Counted from the stretch's first letter, positions 29,628 to 40,714 are shown. The stretch: DNA of 64,000 bases from Gammaproteobacteria bacterium (GCA_965221695.1 OZ244905.1:480001-544000); one strand, 5' to 3'. Notes: generated from the letters alone by a model not told the origin. Made by a program: numbers and translations.

Positions 29628-30972
29628 ATTTGATTATGACCTGTTTGTGATTGGCGCCGGGTCGGGCGGCGTACGCGCGGCGCGCATGGCCGGTGGCTTC
29701 GGCGCAAGGGTTGCAGTGGCCGAGGAACGTTACCTGGGCGGCACCTGCGTTAATGTTGGATGCATCCCGAAAAAGCTGTTCGTCTATGCCGCACACTATG
29801 CCGAGGAATTCCGGGATGCCGCAGGTTATGGCTGGCAGGTTTCCGAACCGAACTTTAACTGGAACGTGCTACTGAATAATAAGAATAATGAAATCAATAG
29901 ACTAAATAATATATATGAGAACTTACTTAAACGTAATAATGTAGACATTTACGACGGCAGGGCCATTATCGAGGGACCGAACACGGTCCGGGTCAACGGC
30001 GAGAATATCAGCGCCAAACGCATCCTGGTGGCGACCGGCGGCTGGCCCCATATCCCGGACATTCCCGGCAAGGAGCATGTGATATCCTCCAACGAGGCGT
30101 TCTATATCGATACCCTGCCGCAACGCGCGGTGATTGTCGGCGGTGGATATATCGCAGTGGAATTTGCCGGCATCTTCCACGGTCTCGGTGTGGATACCAC
30201 CCTGGTCTACCGCGGCGACCTGTTCCTGCGCGGATTTGACAGAGAAATGTGCCAGTTTCTTGCCGAACAACTGCGCGCCAAAGGAATAAAACTCCTGTTT
30301 AATACCCTGATCAACGGCATAGAGTTGGAAAATAGCCACTACAAGGTCAATTTAGCCGGTACAAGGGCAATATCAACAGATTTGGTCTTGTACGCGACCG
30401 GGCGCCGGCCCAACACCACAAACCTGGGCCTGGAAACAGCCGGTGTAAGGCTTAACAACAAAAGAGCGATCGTGGTCGATGACGAATATCGCAGCTCTGT
30501 CTCATCCATCTACGCGATCGGCGATGTGACCGACCGCATGAACCTGACTCCCGTCGCCACCGCGGAAGGCACGACGCTGGCCAATAACCTGTTCAACAAC
30601 CAGTCACGACGCGTCGATTACCACGATATCCCCACCTGCATCTTCAGCCAGCCCAACCTGGGCACGGTCGGCCTGACCGAGGAACAGGCCAGAGAGGAAT
30701 ACAAAAACGTGGATATTTACAAATCCCGCTTCACCAGCCTGAAACACACACTGACCGGCAACAGCGAGAAAACCCTGATAAAGCTGATCGTCGACAGGGA
30801 TACTGACAAGGTTCTAGGCGCGCACATGGTTGGGTCTGAAGCCGGTGAAATTATCCAAGGCATCGGCATCGCCATTAAGGCCGGGGCTACCAAGGCAATC
30901 TTTGACACAACCATTGGCATTCACCCAACCTCCGCAGAGGAATTTGTGACCATGCGGGAACCGGTTGACTAA
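29620..30972 (+). CDS. gor: Glutathione-disulfide reductase
   Basis: GAGSGGVRAAR, GGTCVNVGCIPKK, GGGYIAVE, LTPVA and IGIHPTSAEEFVTM motifs. Confidence 0.96.
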   Translation: MAEFDYDLFVIGAGSGGVRAARMAGGFGARVAVAEERYLGGTCVNVGCIPKKLFVYAAHYAEEFRDAAGYGWQVSEPNFNWNVLLNNKNNEINRLNNIYENLLKRNNVDIYDGRAIIEGPNTVRVNGENISAKRILVATGGWPHIPDIPGKEHVISSNEAFYIDTLPQRAVIVGGGYIAVEFAGIFHGLGVDTTLVYRGDLFLRGFDREMCQFLAEQLRAKGIKLLFNTLINGIELENSHYKVNLAGTRAISTDLVLYATGRRPNTTNLGLETAGVRLNNKRAIVVDDEYRSSVSSIYAIGDVTDRMNLTPVATAEGTTLANNLFNNQSRRVDYHDIPTCIFSQPNLGTVGLTEEQAREEYKNVDIYKSRFTSLKHTLTGNSEKTLIKLIVDRDTDKVLGAHMVGSEAGEIIQGIGIAIKAGATKAIFDTTIGIHPTSAEEFVTMREPVD

Positions 30973-31016
30973 TTCGGAGTACGTAGCATTCCGATTATGG
31001 GGGTTTAGAGACACCC

Positions 31017-31877
31017 TTATCCTTTCTCAAAAAACGAGGAGTAATCCTGAAAAAACCGGCGCAACGTCGTGGGCGCCTTGCCCGTTACCTGAGCATAGAC
31101 ATCATTTTGCAAGGCGCCGCTACCTTGCGCGATCAATTCAAACAGTTCCGAGACGGTCTCCACGTACCAGTCGTCGGGCACCCATTGCAATAATGATTTT
31201 TTAAATTCTGCCGGTGGCGCGTCGATATAGCGGATCTCTCTGCCCATCACTTCTGATAGCTGAGTTGCGATGTCGTGGAAAGACAGTAGTTCGCGGCCTG
31301 TGATCTCATAGATTTTGCCGTCGTGACCGGAACCGGACAGGACCGATAGGATAAAACGCGCCACATCGCGCACATCAATGATCCCGACCTGACCATCACG
31401 CATCGGCAGGTAAAATTTATCTTCCTCCACAATGGAGGCGGCGATATGCAACATGTTCTGCATGAAGAAATTGGGCCGCACCAGCGTATAACCTATGCCC
31501 GATGCCCGAATATACTCCTCGGTCTCGCCGTGGTAACGCTTCAGCAATGCCGTTGAGTCCCTGTCAGCGCCGTTTGCAGACATCTTGACGATATGTCCGA
31601 CGCCTCTCTCCAATGCCGCGTCCACAAAGCTCTTTTCCAATTCCAATTGCTCCCTGGCGTTTGCCATCAATAAAAATGCCTGGTCACAATCCTGCAAGGC
31701 TTTTCTGACGGCAACCGGGTTGTCCAGGTCGCCGTAGAAGGTCTCAATGCCAGCGTTCGTTAATGCGCTTGCCTTACCCGGATCCCTGATTAACCCCCTT
31801 GCTTGAATGTTATATTCAGGCAACAGCTTTATAATTTCCGCGCCGACCGCACCGGTCAGGCCTGTGAACAAGATCAT
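31017..31877 (-). CDS. NmrA-like / atypical SDR NAD(P)H-binding oxidoreductase
   Basis: TGLTGAVG, RPNFFMQN, IDVRDVA and YEITG motifs. Confidence 0.88.
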   Translation of the reverse strand: MILFTGLTGAVGAEIIKLLPEYNIQARGLIRDPGKASALTNAGIETFYGDLDNPVAVRKALQDCDQAFLLMANAREQLELEKSFVDAALERGVGHIVKMSANGADRDSTALLKRYHGETEEYIRASGIGYTLVRPNFFMQNMLHIAASIVEEDKFYLPMRDGQVGIIDVRDVARFILSVLSGSGHDGKIYEITGRELLSFHDIATQLSEVMGREIRYIDAPPAEFKKSLLQWVPDDWYVETVSELFELIAQGSGALQNDVYAQVTGKAPTTLRRFFQDYSSFFEKG

Positions 31878-31894
31878 TGCTTCAAAACCTCTGT

Positions 31895-32020
31895 TTAAGA
31901 AACCTCTGATTAAGTCTCAGAGGTTCCTGCGATACAGGAATGTGTCGCTCTGACAAGTCCAGGATGAATTTGTTCAGAGCTTCTTTAATTTAGGAACCTG
32001 ATCAAATCAGAGGCTTCTTC
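31895..32020 (+). mobile_element. Internally deleted MITE plus adjacent mini-MITE
   Basis: TTAAGAAACCTCTGATTAAGTCTCAGAGGTTCCTGCGATACAGG...CTCTGACAAGTCC...TCAGAGCTTCTTTAA followed by TAGGAACCTGATCAAATCAGAGG. Confidence 0.8.
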
Positions 32021-32092
32021 GACGCCCTACCCTAATCTGTGTCATCTGAGGATACTTTTACCTGCCGATTATACCCTGATATAGTTCCTTAT

Positions 32093-32840
<748 letters not shown>

Positions 32841-32860
<20 letters not shown>

Positions 32861-33512
32861 TGTTTCGCTGTTGTTGGCCGGACTGACCGCGCTTATCCTG
32901 GCGCCGGTCGGCATTCTTGTCGCGCGCAAGCTGGCATGGTCGCGCTTTGTCGGACGCAACTTGATCCAGGCCTTGATAGCTCTACCGCTGATACTGCCGC
33001 CGACAGTGCTGGGATTCTATCTGATGATCAGCCTGGGAGAGCTGTCGCCGTTAGGACGGTTCTACCAGGGAGTAACAGGCGAAACACTGGTCTTCTCATT
33101 TGAGGGTATCTTGCTTGCTTCAATCCTGTTCAACCTCCCGTTCGCGATACAGCCGGCGCAACGCAGTTTTGAAGCCATTCCGCATAATGTGCGTGAGGCA
33201 GCCTGGTGCAGCGGCCTTTCCAACTGGCAGACTTTCTGGCGTATTGAGCTACCCCTGGCATGGCCGGGGATCATCTCAGCCGGCATTCTGACCATCGCCC
33301 ATACCCTGGGCGAGTTTGGTGTGATCCTCATGGTAGGCGGCAACCTGGCCGGCGAGACGCGCACCGTGGCTATTGCCATCTACGACCGAGTCCAAGCATT
33401 TGACAACGCCAGCGCAGCGGCGATGTCTGCGACCTTGTTGATGATCTCGCTACTTTCCATTACCTTGATCTACTTCCTCACCGATCGGGCTGGAAACCAT
33501 GAACGACGCTGA
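32841..33512 (+). CDS. modB: Molybdate ABC transporter permease
   Basis: LPLILPPTVLGFYL and AHTLGEFGVILMVGGN.AGETRT motifs. Confidence 0.95.
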
Positions 33513-34608
33513 ATCCATTCAGGTCCGGTTACGGCAGGACGGTCCCATACCCTTGGATGTGTCTTTATCCTGTAATACGGGTGAAATCCTGGTAATCCTG
33601 GGTCCTTCAGGAAGCGGTAAAACAACCATATTGAGGGCCATCAGCGGCTTGTACTCACCCGCATCAGGCAATATTCGCTGCCACGGAGAACAGTGGTTGG
33701 ATACAGCAGCGGGTATTAACCTGCCTGTTCAACAACGGCGCATTGGCATGGTATTTCAGCACTATGCGCTGTTTCCACACAAGACGGCGTTGCAGAACAT
33801 CATGATTGCCTTGCGCCGGCGTCCTGGCGCGCGCATGCGCGATCGCGCTCAAGAATTGCTTGGCGCCATGAATATGGAGGGATTGGAAGAACGTTATCCG
33901 CACCAGTTATCGGGCGGGCAACAACAACGGGTTGCCTTGGCTCGGGCGCTGGCGCGCGACCCGAGCGTATTATTGTTGGATGAGCCTTTTTCCGCCGTGG
34001 ATCAACAAACGCGCAGAAAGCTGGTGCGTGAACTGGTCACATTGAAGAAGCAATTCAGGCTGCCGATCATTCACGTTACCCACGACCTGAATGAGGCGCG
34101 CCGGATCGCCGACCGACTTTGCATCATACACCACGGGAAAATCCTGCAGAGCGATGCCCCGGAACAGGTTTTGAATCGTCCCGCAAGCGCTGATGTTGCC
34201 TCTCTGGTGGGCCACTACAATGTATTCAGCGCCAGAGTCGTCGGGCATGATCGCAAGGCCGGGTCGACCAGCATTGAGTGGAACGGCTACACCCTGACCA
34301 CGCGCCATTGTCCTGAGTTCGAACCCGGTGAGGAAGCCGACTGGGTTATACCTTCAGACAGTATCATCCTGCATCGCCGCGACCGACCCTCCCAGGGAGA
34401 ACGGGAAAACCCTGTCAAAGGGCAAATCGAAGAACTGACGCCACTGGGAGAGAATGCATCCATTACCATGGTAACCGAACAGGAGCAGTTTCTTTACTTG
34501 ACAACGCCAACACATGTTGCGCGCCGCAACCAACTCGCCCAGGGCGGCGGACTTTCCGTCTCCCTGCTGTCGGAGAGCATACATCTCATGAAAAAAATTC
34601 GCAGATGA
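33499..34608 (+). CDS. modC: Molybdate ABC transporter ATP-binding protein
   Basis: GPSGSGKT, LSGGQQQR and LLDEPF motifs with a TOBE-like tail. Follows modAB. Confidence 0.9.
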   Translation: MNDAESIQVRLRQDGPIPLDVSLSCNTGEILVILGPSGSGKTTILRAISGLYSPASGNIRCHGEQWLDTAAGINLPVQQRRIGMVFQHYALFPHKTALQNIMIALRRRPGARMRDRAQELLGAMNMEGLEERYPHQLSGGQQQRVALARALARDPSVLLLDEPFSAVDQQTRRKLVRELVTLKKQFRLPIIHVTHDLNEARRIADRLCIIHHGKILQSDAPEQVLNRPASADVASLVGHYNVFSARVVGHDRKAGSTSIEWNGYTLTTRHCPEFEPGEEADWVIPSDSIILHRRDRPSQGERENPVKGQIEELTPLGENASITMVTEQEQFLYLTTPTHVARRNQLAQGGGLSVSLLSESIHLMKKIRR

Positions 34609-34609
34609 T

Positions 34610-36217
34610 TTATCTGCGGATGGCTGGAACTGCCGACAACAATGCTTTTGTATATTCATGTTGCGGATCAGTCAGGACTTTCTCCGTTGTGCCCTGTTCA
34701 ACTATCCTGCCCTCATGCATGACAGCTACTTCATGGGCGATACTGGCGGCCACACTGATATTATGGGTAATAAACAGGTAGGCCAGTTTCAGTTCCTGCT
34801 GCAGACGCGCCAGCAATTCCAGCACGCGCGCCTGTACCGTGACATCCAAAGCGCTGGTAGGTTCATCACAAACCAATAGTTTTGGCTTGACGGCCAACGC
34901 CCTGGCGATACAGATGCGCTGCCTTTGTCCACCCGAGAATTCATGCGGATAGCGATATTTATGCGCCGGATCGAGGCCGACCTGAGTAAGTAACCGATCG
35001 ACAGTTTCCTGCCGGATCGCTGCCTGCTTCGCTATTCCCAGCGATATCATACCCTGTTCGATAATATCCTTGATCATCATATGCGAGTCCATTGATGAGA
35101 AAGGATCCTGAAAAACCACCTGCATATGCGCTCGGCGACGGCGCAATTGCTCAGGAGTCAAATCAGCCAGATTGTCACCCTCCAGACTTACCGAACCCCC
35201 GGCTGGCTTGAGCAGTCGCAGGATGCTCTTGCCCAGGGTGGTTTTGCCGGACCCGGATTCTCCCACCACAGCCAGAGTGCGCCCTTGCTCGAGTTCCAGG
35301 GATACGCCGTCCACTGCCTGCAGGTAACCGGCAACACGACCAAATAATCCCCTCTGCAGAGGGAAACGGATCCGGAGATCATTCACCTTGAGCAAGGGTC
35401 TACCGGTTGTAGTAGGCGAGCGTAAGCGCAACGCTGATGAATCTGGCAGAGAGGCAAGCAACTTGTTTGAATACGGGTGTTGGGGTTGTCTGAAAAATTG
35501 CCCGGTGACCCCTGTTTCCACTATCCTGCCCTCATTCATGACCGCGCACCGGTCAGCCACCTGCGATGCAACAGCCAGATCATGGGTAATGAGCAACAAC
35601 GCCATTCCCGTGGCGCGTTGTATCTTCTTCAGTAACTCCAGTATGCGCGCTTGGGTGGTTACGTCCAGCGCGGTAGTTGGCTCATCGGCGATCAACAGCT
35701 CCGGCTCCCCCGCGAGGGCGATTGCCAGCATCACCCGCTGCTTCATGCCGCCGGAAAACTGGTGAGGATATTCATCCTTACGCCGCGCGGCATCAGGGAT
35801 CCCCACAGCTTCCAGCAACTCCAGAACTTTTTCCTTCTGCATCCTGGAACGTAGTCCCTTGTGCCAGCGCAATGTCTCTCCCACCTGCAGTCCCACTGTC
35901 AAAGCGGGGTTAAGAGAGGTTTGCGGTTCCTGAAAAATCATGGAAATATGCGCTCCCCGGATATCCCGCATTCGCCGGTTTGACAGCGCAAGCAAGGAGT
36001 CGCCCCTGAACCGGATGTCGCCGCTGATCACGGCCGACTTCGGCAACAAACGGGTTAAACTCAATGCAGTCACGGACTTCCCGCTACCGGATTCACCCAA
36101 CAAGGCAAGGGTCTCCCCTGTCTCAATACGAAAATCTACGCCGTCTACAGCCTGAACCTGATGGCCCTCGGTAACAAACCTAACCTTCAGGGCTCTAACG
36201 TCCAGTAGGGCTGTCAT
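34610..36217 (-). CDS. Peptide/nickel ABC transporter ATP-binding protein with two fused ATPase domains
   Basis: Two GESGSGK Walker A motifs, YPHQFSGGM and YPHEFSGGQ signatures, QHPY tails. Confidence 0.92.
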   Translation of the reverse strand: MTALLDVRALKVRFVTEGHQVQAVDGVDFRIETGETLALLGESGSGKSVTALSLTRLLPKSAVISGDIRFRGDSLLALSNRRMRDIRGAHISMIFQEPQTSLNPALTVGLQVGETLRWHKGLRSRMQKEKVLELLEAVGIPDAARRKDEYPHQFSGGMKQRVMLAIALAGEPELLIADEPTTALDVTTQARILELLKKIQRATGMALLLITHDLAVASQVADRCAVMNEGRIVETGVTGQFFRQPQHPYSNKLLASLPDSSALRLRSPTTTGRPLLKVNDLRIRFPLQRGLFGRVAGYLQAVDGVSLELEQGRTLAVVGESGSGKTTLGKSILRLLKPAGGSVSLEGDNLADLTPEQLRRRRAHMQVVFQDPFSSMDSHMMIKDIIEQGMISLGIAKQAAIRQETVDRLLTQVGLDPAHKYRYPHEFSGGQRQRICIARALAVKPKLLVCDEPTSALDVTVQARVLELLARLQQELKLAYLFITHNISVAASIAHEVAVMHEGRIVEQGTTEKVLTDPQHEYTKALLSAVPAIRR

Positions 36218-36225
36218 ATGATTTT

Positions 36226-37125
36226 TCAGAAATGGACATCACGGGGTTGCAGAGTTTGCCGGCATTGATTACAGACTATGTCTGCTTTGAGTGTCTGTTT
36301 GCATGGTTTGTGTTTCAAAATCAACGGCGCTTTGCCGGCGTCGGCCAACCATTTATCTCCCCACTGCATTATCGTGACGATATTCGGATACAAGTCCATG
36401 CCTATTTCTGTCAGGATGTATTCATAACGCGGTGGCCTGTCCTGATACTTGCGTCTTGCCAACAAACCGGCATTAACTAGTCGCTCCAGCCGTTCGGATA
36501 AAATATTACTCGCTATCTTCTGCTCTTTCAGCATGTCATCGAACCTGCGCACACGGAAAAAAGCCATAGCCAATATCAGAGCAGCCCAACGATCGCCGAT
36601 GATATCGCAGACTTCAAATAGCCCGGCGTTGGTATTTTTGGAACGTCGTGTGTGCCTCGGCGCCAGACGGTTATCATAGCCGGCTCCTGGCCCGTCCTGG
36701 TAATCCACATCGTGGCTATTAACGTTTTCCTTACAGTGACTGCAGATCATCACAGGCATCATAGACTGGCTACAGGACTCATGATAAAGATTACGAGGAT
36801 GCGCCATACGATGCCGGCGCCAGTGTTCCTCCCAACGCCAGCTAACCAGAGCCGACGGGTATAAGTCCAGGCCCATTTCGGTCAGACGATATTCATGGAG
36901 AACAGGTTTTCGCTGATATGCCACTTTTTTCATCAACCCATGCTTAACAAGATTGTTCAAACGACTGGTCAATGTGCTTTTTGCGATTTTCGTCCTTTTT
37001 TCCCAGTCGCTGAAGCGGCGCACACCGAGAAAAGCATATTCCAGAATAATCAAGGCTGTTCTATCGCCAATAATTCCTAATGCACGCGTAAATGAACTGG
37101 CCTTAATCTTATTATTGCCATCCAT
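36226..37125 (-). CDS. Tandem HxlR-family winged-helix regulator
   Basis: Two repeats of IIGDR...IL..AF..VRRF...RL..LV..GL...Y.LTE.G.DLYP, each followed by C-X(n)-CxxC. Confidence 0.85.
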   Translation of the reverse strand: MDGNNKIKASSFTRALGIIGDRTALIILEYAFLGVRRFSDWEKRTKIAKSTLTSRLNNLVKHGLMKKVAYQRKPVLHEYRLTEMGLDLYPSALVSWRWEEHWRRHRMAHPRNLYHESCSQSMMPVMICSHCKENVNSHDVDYQDGPGAGYDNRLAPRHTRRSKNTNAGLFEVCDIIGDRWAALILAMAFFRVRRFDDMLKEQKIASNILSERLERLVNAGLLARRKYQDRPPRYEYILTEIGMDLYPNIVTIMQWGDKWLADAGKAPLILKHKPCKQTLKADIVCNQCRQTLQPRDVHF

Positions 37126-37158
37126 TGCTCTATCGTACCGGTTTTAGCAGGAACTGCA

Positions 37159-37275
37159 ATTTGTAGGGATGATATTATCGTTATCCAACTTCCCAACATC
37201 GTAGAAATTGTCATCTCTCTGCTGGCCTGCGCCAGGATCGGCGCGATAGCCAGTCCTGTGCCAGTGAGTTATCAA
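37159..37275 (+). pseudogene. Fragment of an AMP-binding acyl-CoA synthetase
   Basis: Manual translation ICRDDIIVIQLPNIVEIVISLLACARIGAIASPVPVSYQ matches the D.V..QLPN..E.....LACARIGA..P segment of ANL enzymes. No start codon and no rest of gene. Confidence 0.65.
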
Positions 37276-37820
37276 TTATTTTCAGGCGCTATTGCAGCGT
37301 TTGCTTCTCTGTTATCGTCTTGTGCCGGTTTGACTGTGAGTTTTACTTGTTTGTAACGCGCGTCTTTTTTCAGCGTAATGCTGTCGGCCTCCAATCTCTC
37401 CAGAGTCCAGCCTTCAAATGTCTGACCCGGTCTGAGTTTTTTCAGTTTTTCGTTTGCGTCAGTATAGACCAGCACAAAACGTTGATCTTCACTGATAACA
37501 ACCGCCGATAACAAAATCTTTCTGGGATTTTCCTGTCTGTCGACAGATATTGGAGGTGGGGGAATGTAGGGCCTGCGGTCTTGTCTGAATAACGGTCGTT
37601 CAATGATCTCCGAGTATGCGCTGATTGGCGAAACGGCATTGTCCGTCATATCGTTCTCCCTGATCGTCATTGCTTGCGCCTGGCCATGCGGCGCTGTGAC
37701 GGCAAGCAACTGAAAAGGGGAAACTAACTCATACACCATCAACCCTGAAAATAACATGCAAAAAACTGACATGATTGCCTGTGCGAATAGCATAATGCGC
37801 GGATTTATTACATAACTCAT
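37272..37820 (-). CDS. Type II secretion accessory protein (XpsN/GspC-like)
   Basis: N-terminal TM, IIERPLF..DRRP, Pro-rich linker and G..FEGW.L. Follows gspM. Confidence 0.7.
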   Translation of the reverse strand: MSYVINPRIMLFAQAIMSVFCMLFSGLMVYELVSPFQLLAVTAPHGQAQAMTIRENDMTDNAVSPISAYSEIIERPLFRQDRRPYIPPPPISVDRQENPRKILLSAVVISEDQRFVLVYTDANEKLKKLRPGQTFEGWTLERLEADSITLKKDARYKQVKLTVKPAQDDNREANAAIAPENN

Positions 37821-37852
37821 ATCGTGTATATAACGTTAAGCAGTCTGGAAAA

Positions 37853-38434
37853 TTATGGCGGCTCAGTCCGATAGATATACGCGGCCACATCAAGGTGAAC
37901 CTCCAATTCATCTGCGCCATCATCCTCATCATAATCGCTTGCGCCATCATAATATTGCACAAGCAGATTATCCACGAACAACAAAGGACTGCTCAATGTC
38001 ATGCTGTACAACAATTGCTGCAAGACTTCGAGACTGCCGCGCAAATGCACATTGACAACGATTTCAGGAAAAACGTTTTCGTTTTCTCTTTCCGGTAGGA
38101 CTTGCGCGCTGATGATATAACCACCTGCTTCCCTGACCAGAGTTTGTATTAGTTGTTGTAAATCCGCTGCAGCCAGTGACCTGGTTTTATCTTGAAAAAA
38201 TCCGTCTTCGTTGATTTTCAGGTCGGCTAGCTGCTCCAGCTCTGTCTGCAGAATTTCATTGCTCGCGGCGGCCCTGGTAAATGTCAGATATTGTGATTGC
38301 AGGGTTTCCATGCGCTGGCTAACAGCTTGACGATTCATCAGCGCCGGCAAGATCAAAACGAAGAAAATAAGTCCTCCCAGCACAATGGTCAGACCAACGG
38401 AAAAAACAATATGCTGCCAGGGTTTTACGTTCAT
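37853..38434 (-). CDS. gspM: Type II secretion protein GspM
   Basis: TM, coiled coil, AAADLQ and LQQLLY....PLLFVDNL. Follows gspL. Confidence 0.82.
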   Translation of the reverse strand: MNVKPWQHIVFSVGLTIVLGGLIFFVLILPALMNRQAVSQRMETLQSQYLTFTRAAASNEILQTELEQLADLKINEDGFFQDKTRSLAAADLQQLIQTLVREAGGYIISAQVLPERENENVFPEIVVNVHLRGSLEVLQQLLYSMTLSSPLLFVDNLLVQYYDGASDYDEDDGADELEVHLDVAAYIYRTEPP

Positions 38435-39531
38435 TTGGGCGTTAATCTGGCGGAAATATGAAAATGCTCTTTATCATCGATATTATTTTTCGTCACTGAA
38501 GAAATGAATTGCGCATGTTCAAAATAAGGGGATGCTTCAATCATCCGGATCAAGGATGATGCCGCAGTCGCTTCCCCATGAATCTGAAGTTCTCTGTTTC
38601 GGATAAGCAAGTGATAAATCCAGGTGTCATCTGGAAGGCGATGAGTCAGTTCCTGCAACAGAATGATCATCGGAGCGCTCTCATTGCGTCGAGCAGACAA
38701 AAAGTCAATGCGCTGAAGCAGGGCTGTTTTTTTGTCTTCAAGCGTCTGCGCGCGCGCAGCCTGAATTCTGCTGACCTCCACCTGTTCTGCAGCCCGTTTA
38801 AGCGCCAGGTCATAGCGCGCTAATGGTATGTATAATGATGAAAAAAATAATATCGTCAGTAGCAGGAAAAGGAACTTTAAGCGCCGTTCATATGAATTAT
38901 TCTTGTTATTGTTGTTGTTCGGCAGAAAATTGACAGATACCGGCGTGGAGTCATCGCTGACCGTGACAATCGACGGTGTCAAATCCAGGAAACACAGACT
39001 GTCCAGGTGTTTCCGCACAACTTTACGCAAAACCACATACAGATCGACGCGCAACTTCTCGGTTATTGTATCTTTGCCGGTGATAATATAGTCAAAATAG
39101 ACCATTTCCTTTCTGAAAGGGGTTTGTTTATCCATCTCGAAATTCATTATGCCCCGCAAATCTCCCTCACAAGACAGGGGATAACTGAGATGTTTTTGCA
39201 AGCATTGCTGCTGCGGCAACAACAGGACCAGTTCCAGGTCCTTTGCATTCTGATTTAGCCAATGATTAATAGCCGACTGCCCCTGCTTATCATTCAGGCT
39301 GAGCGCCTGTTCCCGAACTAACTGCCGGTCGGAGCCATCATATTGTTTGAACAGCAGTGTATTATTCTGCGCTTCAATCGTTACCTTGACAGAAGTATGG
39401 CGCAGTCGGGTCAGCCAGCGCGCGGGCAACAGCAGCAACCACCCTTTGAGCCACCAGTTGAGGAAATCATGGAATCTTTTCTTTGCAACAATTTTATGCA
39501 GGTATGCTGACAAATTTAATCCTGAAGCCAT
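38431..39531 (-). CDS. gspL: Type II secretion protein GspL (PilN-like C-terminus)
   Basis: F.NWW...W..LLP, FEMDKQTPF, TM, then ELTHRLPDDTW...GEATAASSLI...SPYF. Confidence 0.82.
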   Translation of the reverse strand: MASGLNLSAYLHKIVAKKRFHDFLNWWLKGWLLLLPARWLTRLRHTSVKVTIEAQNNTLLFKQYDGSDRQLVREQALSLNDKQGQSAINHWLNQNAKDLELVLLLPQQQCLQKHLSYPLSCEGDLRGIMNFEMDKQTPFRKEMVYFDYIITGKDTITEKLRVDLYVVLRKVVRKHLDSLCFLDLTPSIVTVSDDSTPVSVNFLPNNNNNKNNSYERRLKFLFLLLTILFFSSLYIPLARYDLALKRAAEQVEVSRIQAARAQTLEDKKTALLQRIDFLSARRNESAPMIILLQELTHRLPDDTWIYHLLIRNRELQIHGEATAASSLIRMIEASPYFEHAQFISSVTKNNIDDKEHFHISARLTPK

Positions 39532-39558
39532 TCACTCGAAACTGTAGTCTGAGCGCCA

Positions 39559-40269
39559 TTACAACATTTGCTCTTTATGGGTGCGTATCAGCTCCAGCGC
39601 ATCCCTGATAATAATCATTGCCGCTCTGGACGCCGCTGTTGGTCTGCCGGCGACAATAGCGTCCGCTACAGCTTCATGCTCATCCACATTGGCAAGACTC
39701 ACGCCCTTGTATCGGTTCGTGAGGCGAATGCTGAAATGCAGGGCCGTGCCAATCAAATCGCGTAGCTGGCTGATAAATCGATTGCCACTTGCATCAAGCA
39801 CAGCAACATGAAAAGCAAGGTCAGATTCCAACGGGTCATCGTCGCCCAGTTCAGCGGCGCGCATACGCGCCACGCTTTTTTTAATCTGCAACAAATGTTT
39901 GTCATCCGCCCGTTTTGCCGCCAGCGCCGCTGCTTGAGGCTCCACCGCCATTCTGATTTCGGTAAATTCTTCCAACAAGTTTATATCCAGTTTACGTTTG
40001 AGCAGCCATTCCAGCACATCCGGATCGAGGCTGTTCCAGTTTTCTTCGCGTTCAACCCAGGTGCCGTGACGCGGACGCGCGGCCAGCAGACCCTTGGCCG
40101 TCAACATTTTCACTGCCTCCCGTAACACGCTGCGGCTGGCGCCGAACTTTTCACACAGTTCCGATTCGATAGGAAATTTCTTGTCGAACGTGTAAACGCC
40201 GGCGACTATATCTGCTCCTAAATTTTGCACGATGGAATTTGTCAGATTACTTCGATATCTGTTACGCAT
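39559..40269 (-). CDS. FadR/GntR-family regulator (FCD domain), probable sugar-acid repressor
   Basis: P.ESEL...FGASRSVLREAVKML.AKGL...RPRHGT, WNSLDPDVL.W and D.AFH..VL.ASGN motifs. Confidence 0.9.
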   Translation of the reverse strand: MRNRYRSNLTNSIVQNLGADIVAGVYTFDKKFPIESELCEKFGASRSVLREAVKMLTAKGLLAARPRHGTWVEREENWNSLDPDVLEWLLKRKLDINLLEEFTEIRMAVEPQAAALAAKRADDKHLLQIKKSVARMRAAELGDDDPLESDLAFHVAVLDASGNRFISQLRDLIGTALHFSIRLTNRYKGVSLANVDEHEAVADAIVAGRPTAASRAAMIIIRDALELIRTHKEQML

Positions 40270-40355
40270 GTTGTACCCCTCATTAGACCAACAACCTGCT
40301 TAAAGTAAATTAATAATTGAAATTATCAGTCATTCTATTCTCTTAGTTAGAACCG

Positions 40356-40515
40356 TTAAGAAACCTCTGATTAAATCAGAGTTTCCTGCGATACAGGGAT
40401 GTATCGTCAAATCCAATGACAGCAAGTCATTGAATTTGTGAACACAACAAAAAATCTCAATTTTGTTTTAGGCGCTCTGACAACTCCAGAATGGACTTGT
40501 TCAGAACTTACTTTA
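40356..40515 (+). mobile_element. Full-length (diverged) MITE
   Basis: TTAAGAAACCTCTGATTAAATCAGAGTTTCCTGCGATACAGGGATGTATCG...CTCTGACAACTCCAGAATGGACTTGTTCAG. Confidence 0.8.
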
Positions 40516-40687
40516 TGCATATCTGGTTCGACCAGAATATTATTTATCATATTATATACACTCTGCTATCCAAGTAACAATTTAACTTTTCAACAACCTT
40601 CCGACGCTGGCGACAGGCAGCAGTCATGATAAAAATCAACTGCTGATACGGACTTTTCAAAAATATGACTTGCAAAAATCAATATCT

Positions 40688-40714
40688 TTATATAATATTA
40701 TTTATATTATTATA
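40688..40714. promoter_or_regulatory. AT-only promoter/operator-like element upstream of the 1276-aa gene
   Basis: TATTTATATTATTATA (40699-40714) is the exact reverse complement of 45637-45652. TATAAT at 40691. Confidence 0.45.

Noticed and set aside
29870-29945. AT/Asn-rich patch in gor, and AAC/AAT run in gspL (~38835-38860)
   Set aside because: In-frame low-complexity coding segments without evidence of an insertion or frameshift.
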